The translations under genes were made by a program, and so were the position numbers. Of a stretch of 64,000 nt of DNA, positions 60,716-64,000 are shown piece by piece (positions within the stretch are counted from its first letter, which is position 1; the number at the start of each line of letters is the position of its first letter). The stretch lies in the NCBI GenBank assembly GCA_000002445.1, contig CP000071.1:1248001-1312000 (forward strand). Direction: 5' to 3'. The notes under the pieces were generated by a model. It was not told where the DNA came from. It did no database searches and saw nothing but the letters and a program-made list of their open reading frames with translations. Source of the DNA: Trypanosoma brucei (taxonomy: Eukaryota).

Positions 60716-61519
60716 CGCCGATGTTTGTGACGGCCGTGCACACTGAGCTGCGGATTAAAAACGCTTGCGTCGGATACCGTAGAGGAAGAATCCTGAATCA
60801 CACAAATTCACTACCTTGTATGACATACATGTACGAAAACACACATATGGATATGGGAACGAACATTTGTTAACCAAGAAAAGAACACAAACAACAACGG
60901 TTAAAAGCGGTGAGAAATCGTGGGTATCAGGGAGTGTGGAAAAGAAAGCTATTGAATGAACAACAGAACGAGCGCAAAGAGACAAAGTCTCAGATGCCCC
61001 TACATTCACGTGATATTCTACCACAATGAATAACGTCCCGATAGGAAGCTACACATGGTAATTTTTACGTGTATATACAGTCAAAATAAAAAAGGAAGAA
61101 AGGCGCAAAAGAGTGAGCTCTCAATATAAATTAGGGGAGGGAAAGAGCGAGCCATCCACGAGCTGGATTAATGGAAAGTCAGAAAAGAAACGCGAAGAAA
61201 GTAAAACCAAGAACAAACGCCTTTCCTCTAGCTGCTTGACACAAGAAAACTTCCCTTTCTACGCAAATCTAATACCTCCCGCATGACCCATTTCCAGATC
61301 CTCCGGAAAGCGTGGGCGTCAGGAGCCACTCCACAAAATACCTCTAACGTTGTGTTTGTCTACATGCATGCACATCAATGCATATGTGGGAAACAAATAC
61401 TACTGCGTTTACTTTTCTCGCCGTCCGCCTATTTTTTCTTCTTGCTTCTCCTGCTAAAGTAAGGAAGAATACATAATCACAGTAATCGAAGCAAACAACC
61501 ACATACCATCCTATTACTA

Positions 61520-63526
61520 TCACCGCTGGCGTTCCTCCCGCAGCCGGCGCCTCTCTTCACGGCGCAGCACTACCGCAGCCAAGCGTTTAATCTGCTCACG
61601 GCCCAACGGCTCATCATTGTCCAATAGAGCCATAGAGCGCCTGCCTTCCTCAGTGTCATCCTCGTGTTCACCAGAGTCGCTTGATACTGTAGAAATGCCA
61701 AGCTTTCCCCCACCAATGGGTACGATGCCATTTGTAACGCTATCTGTGAAGCAGCTCCCCTTGTCAAAGAAGCAGCTTCCATCCGTTTCCGGTGACGGCG
61801 GATTGTTTGTAACGGGGGTTGACGTTGTTGGAGTTGCCGTTTTGGCCTGTTCCTTTATAGAACACAGCTTCACACGCGTGTTGGACGATGGAAGGTTCAC
61901 GTGAATAGATGCCACACATGGCGCTGTTGAAGTGCGGTCCACCGTTTCGTCGGCAAGGGATAGTATTTTTGCCCCCAAGAGTTGCAAATTTGTAACAACA
62001 TTTTCAATCTTTGTCCGCGGAACCACAACCTCAGGCTTATACAATGAAACTTGCTCTGCGAGTACATCTGTGTGCTGCACCACCTCCGCCAGAATGCGTT
62101 CCAGTGTTGTCAGCTCCCCCAGAGCTGAGTCACGTTTACACGACGCATCGGTAACGTAGCTATCCAACTCGCTCTTCATGCAGAACGTTACAGGTGCGGG
62201 GTGTACGTAGGTAACTTCGTGATCCTTTACTTTTTTCTTCAGTCTCGCAACCTCATTCTGAAGGTCTTCAAGTCTTTTTTGCTCGTCGCGGTACTGTTTT
62301 TGAAGCTGTTCACGCAGCGCCTGCTCTTGGGAAAACTTATTCACAAGGTCGTCAAGTGACTCTGCTTCTGTCACACGCATCATTTTTACAAAACTTTTTT
62401 CGAACGCTCTCATGCGCTCCTCATCCTTCGCCGATCCACTTGCAAGAAGGGCATTAGCGATCCTGTCAGATAATTCAGCCCGTTGATTGTAGTCAGACGT
62501 ACCAGCAACCACAGAATTTCGATCAGGGGGTAATATAGTTCGTCGTCGCCTCTGCAGGACAAGTTGCTTCTCTATTTCAGCTTCTTCGATGCGCTGTAAT
62601 TCCTCATCAATTTCCTGCTGCAACTCCACTTGCCGCTGCTCAAGACCTTGTGTTTGACGTAGTGCAGTTTCCACACGAAGTCTTCTGTCAGCAAGGGCTT
62701 TGTCTTTCAAATGCCGTGCCTGCTGAAAAGAGGAATCAAAGCTCTTTAAATCCCTTTGCACGTTTTCATATTGCGATGTAGCGTTGTGATAGAGTGTTAC
62801 AAGGCGCGCATATTCCTGGTGGCGAATATCAAGGTGCTGCTCCAGAGCACGCGTGCGGGCATCACGACCAATAGAATCTTCCACAAGCTCCTTCAACAGC
62901 TCACGGTACCCATCATTAATCCTCGCAACAAACCGCTGGTGCCCCAGTGTCTGATCAAGAAATTTTTCGAGACGATGAATCCGCAATGCTACACTTTTGC
63001 TTCCTGACACGGCGCCATCTTTGGCTGCCTCAGAAAGCTCCCTTTCGTTGGTTACACGCTCCTCCTCATTTCTGCGAATTCCTTCCTCGATCTTTCTCAC
63101 TTGGTGTGTCAGGCGGTTCAGCCGTCTTATTGTTGCATATTTGCGACGGTCCAAAAGTTCCAACTCCCGGTCCGTTACGTTCTTGCCACAGGCACGAATG
63201 GAGCGGAGGTGCGTATTTTCATCGTGCATCATACGCACTTGCGCGCGATTGGAGGCAATTTTCTGTTGATACTCCCGTACCACCTTGGTCCGCTGAGCAC
63301 TGATCTCATTAATCCGCTGCATGTAAAGTTCCACTTCATTTTTTGGTGCCTCAGCCACAGTAGCGTGGCGCGACCCCGCATTGGTTCGCTGTTTCGAGGG
63401 TTGCTTTGGACTCAACTTCCGTTGATCATTCCCGGCAGCATCCCCGCGGGCACTTCGACTTTGAACGGAGGATCCCTGTGCTGGCGGAGACGAGCGCCCC
63501 GCTGCCGCTGAAGGCAACCTAGTCAT
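61520..63526 (-). CDS. Coiled-coil protein (668 aa), possibly of the CCDC63/CCDC114/CCDC151 outer-dynein-arm docking-complex family
   Basis: The central roughly 450 aa are heptad-rich and alpha-helical: ...RLNRLTHQVRKIEEGIRRNEEERVTNERELSE..., RIHRLEKFLDQTLGHQRFVARINDGYRELLKELVED, LQQEIDEELQRIEEAEIEKQ. The pattern R-I-x-x-LE-x-x-LD-x-x-L...N..YRELLKEL resembles the docking-complex family RVLENRLDKAL...NKELREEIDHLRRE. The termini are non-coil and S/T-rich. Confidence 0.55.
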   Translation of the reverse strand: MTRLPSAAAGRSSPPAQGSSVQSRSARGDAAGNDQRKLSPKQPSKQRTNAGSRHATVAEAPKNEVELYMQRINEISAQRTKVVREYQQKIASNRAQVRMMHDENTHLRSIRACGKNVTDRELELLDRRKYATIRRLNRLTHQVRKIEEGIRRNEEERVTNERELSEAAKDGAVSGSKSVALRIHRLEKFLDQTLGHQRFVARINDGYRELLKELVEDSIGRDARTRALEQHLDIRHQEYARLVTLYHNATSQYENVQRDLKSFDSSFQQARHLKDKALADRRLRVETALRQTQGLEQRQVELQQEIDEELQRIEEAEIEKQLVLQRRRRTILPPDRNSVVAGTSDYNQRAELSDRIANALLASGSAKDEERMRAFEKSFVKMMRVTEAESLDDLVNKFSQEQALREQLQKQYRDEQKRLEDLQNEVARLKKKVKDHEVTYVHPAPVTFCMKSELDSYVTDASCKRDSALGELTTLERILAEVVQHTDVLAEQVSLYKPEVVVPRTKIENVVTNLQLLGAKILSLADETVDRTSTAPCVASIHVNLPSSNTRVKLCSIKEQAKTATPTTSTPVTNNPPSPETDGSCFFDKGSCFTDSVTNGIVPIGGGKLGISTVSSDSGEHEDDTEEGRRSMALLDNDEPLGREQIKRLAAVVLRREERRRLREERQR

Positions 63527-64000
63527 GCGAGCAGTATTTGCGGGCTATTTACCGAGGTAAGGAAAGGAAAGTCACAGACAAAAAATAATTTATACATATA
63601 TATATATATATAAAGGAAACGAAGGCGAAACACGGCGGGTAATGCAAATGAACAATCCGAGAAGGGGGATATCCCCCTTGTTTTCTACTCTACAACTCAT
63701 ACTCAACACTCACGCGTGCACAGACTAAACTGTGTTTCCAGGTTTAGCGGTGAACACTCCACCTCCCCCTCGCCTTCCACTCAAGAAGAGTGAGGCCCAG
63801 AACACACACAAGGGGAAACAAACAAACTTTAGTGTGCAAACCAAGAAGTCTCCACGTAAGTGTAAAGGGGGGGAAATAGCGCGCAACAGCAAGGACGTGT
63901 AAAGCCTCATGCGAATTATTTTAAAAGTTCCGGCTCAACCGACTACTTGGGAAAGATGACTTCAAACATCTCAACCGGCGAGACTGCGCGCGGGGTGCTC

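Noticed and set aside
1-64000. Search for tRNA, snoRNA or rRNA genes and for prokaryotic elements (CRISPR arrays, sigma70 promoters, rho-independent terminators, operons, integrases)
   Set aside because: No box-B-like GGTTCGANTCC motif or cloverleaf-compatible segment was found by eye in the spacers. The window is eukaryotic kinetoplastid DNA, so bacterial feature classes do not apply. Small RNAs cannot be excluded without a covariance-model scan.

Overview
No prokaryote-style system (CRISPR, operon, defence island) is present: the window reads as nuclear DNA of a kinetoplastid, most like an African trypanosome (Trypanosoma brucei group). The reasons are that all 19 credible protein-coding genes are intron-less and sit on the minus strand, consistent with a single polycistronic transcription unit with no strand-switch region. 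Intergenic spacers of 0.5-2.4 kb are very low-complexity, with A/T homopolymers, (AT)n, (AAT)n and (AC)n microsatellites and polypyrimidine tracts on the coding strand, and GC content is about 45-48%. Recognisable genes, from high to low coordinate, are a coiled-coil protein, an eIF2B regulatory subunit, a small membrane protein, a giant PEX11-family protein, two tandem paralogous polytopic membrane proteins, a 4-TM protein, Rab11, a large IQ-motif protein, a disordered hypothetical protein, NOP16, NTF2, an adenosine-deaminase-family enzyme, a non-RD protein kinase, a TPR-like protein, two tandem paralogous large proteins (one carrying P-loop NTPase motifs), a DFRP1/Tma46-like protein lacking its CCCH fingers, and ODA16/DAW1. 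The candidates for novelty are (i) the 924-aa PEX11-family protein, which would be a glycosomal membrane-remodelling factor about four times normal size, (ii) the two tandem paralog pairs, and (iii) a possible tandem array of WH2-like lysine-rich motifs fused to an IQ-motif array. All family assignments rest on motif recall from the translations and no searches were run.
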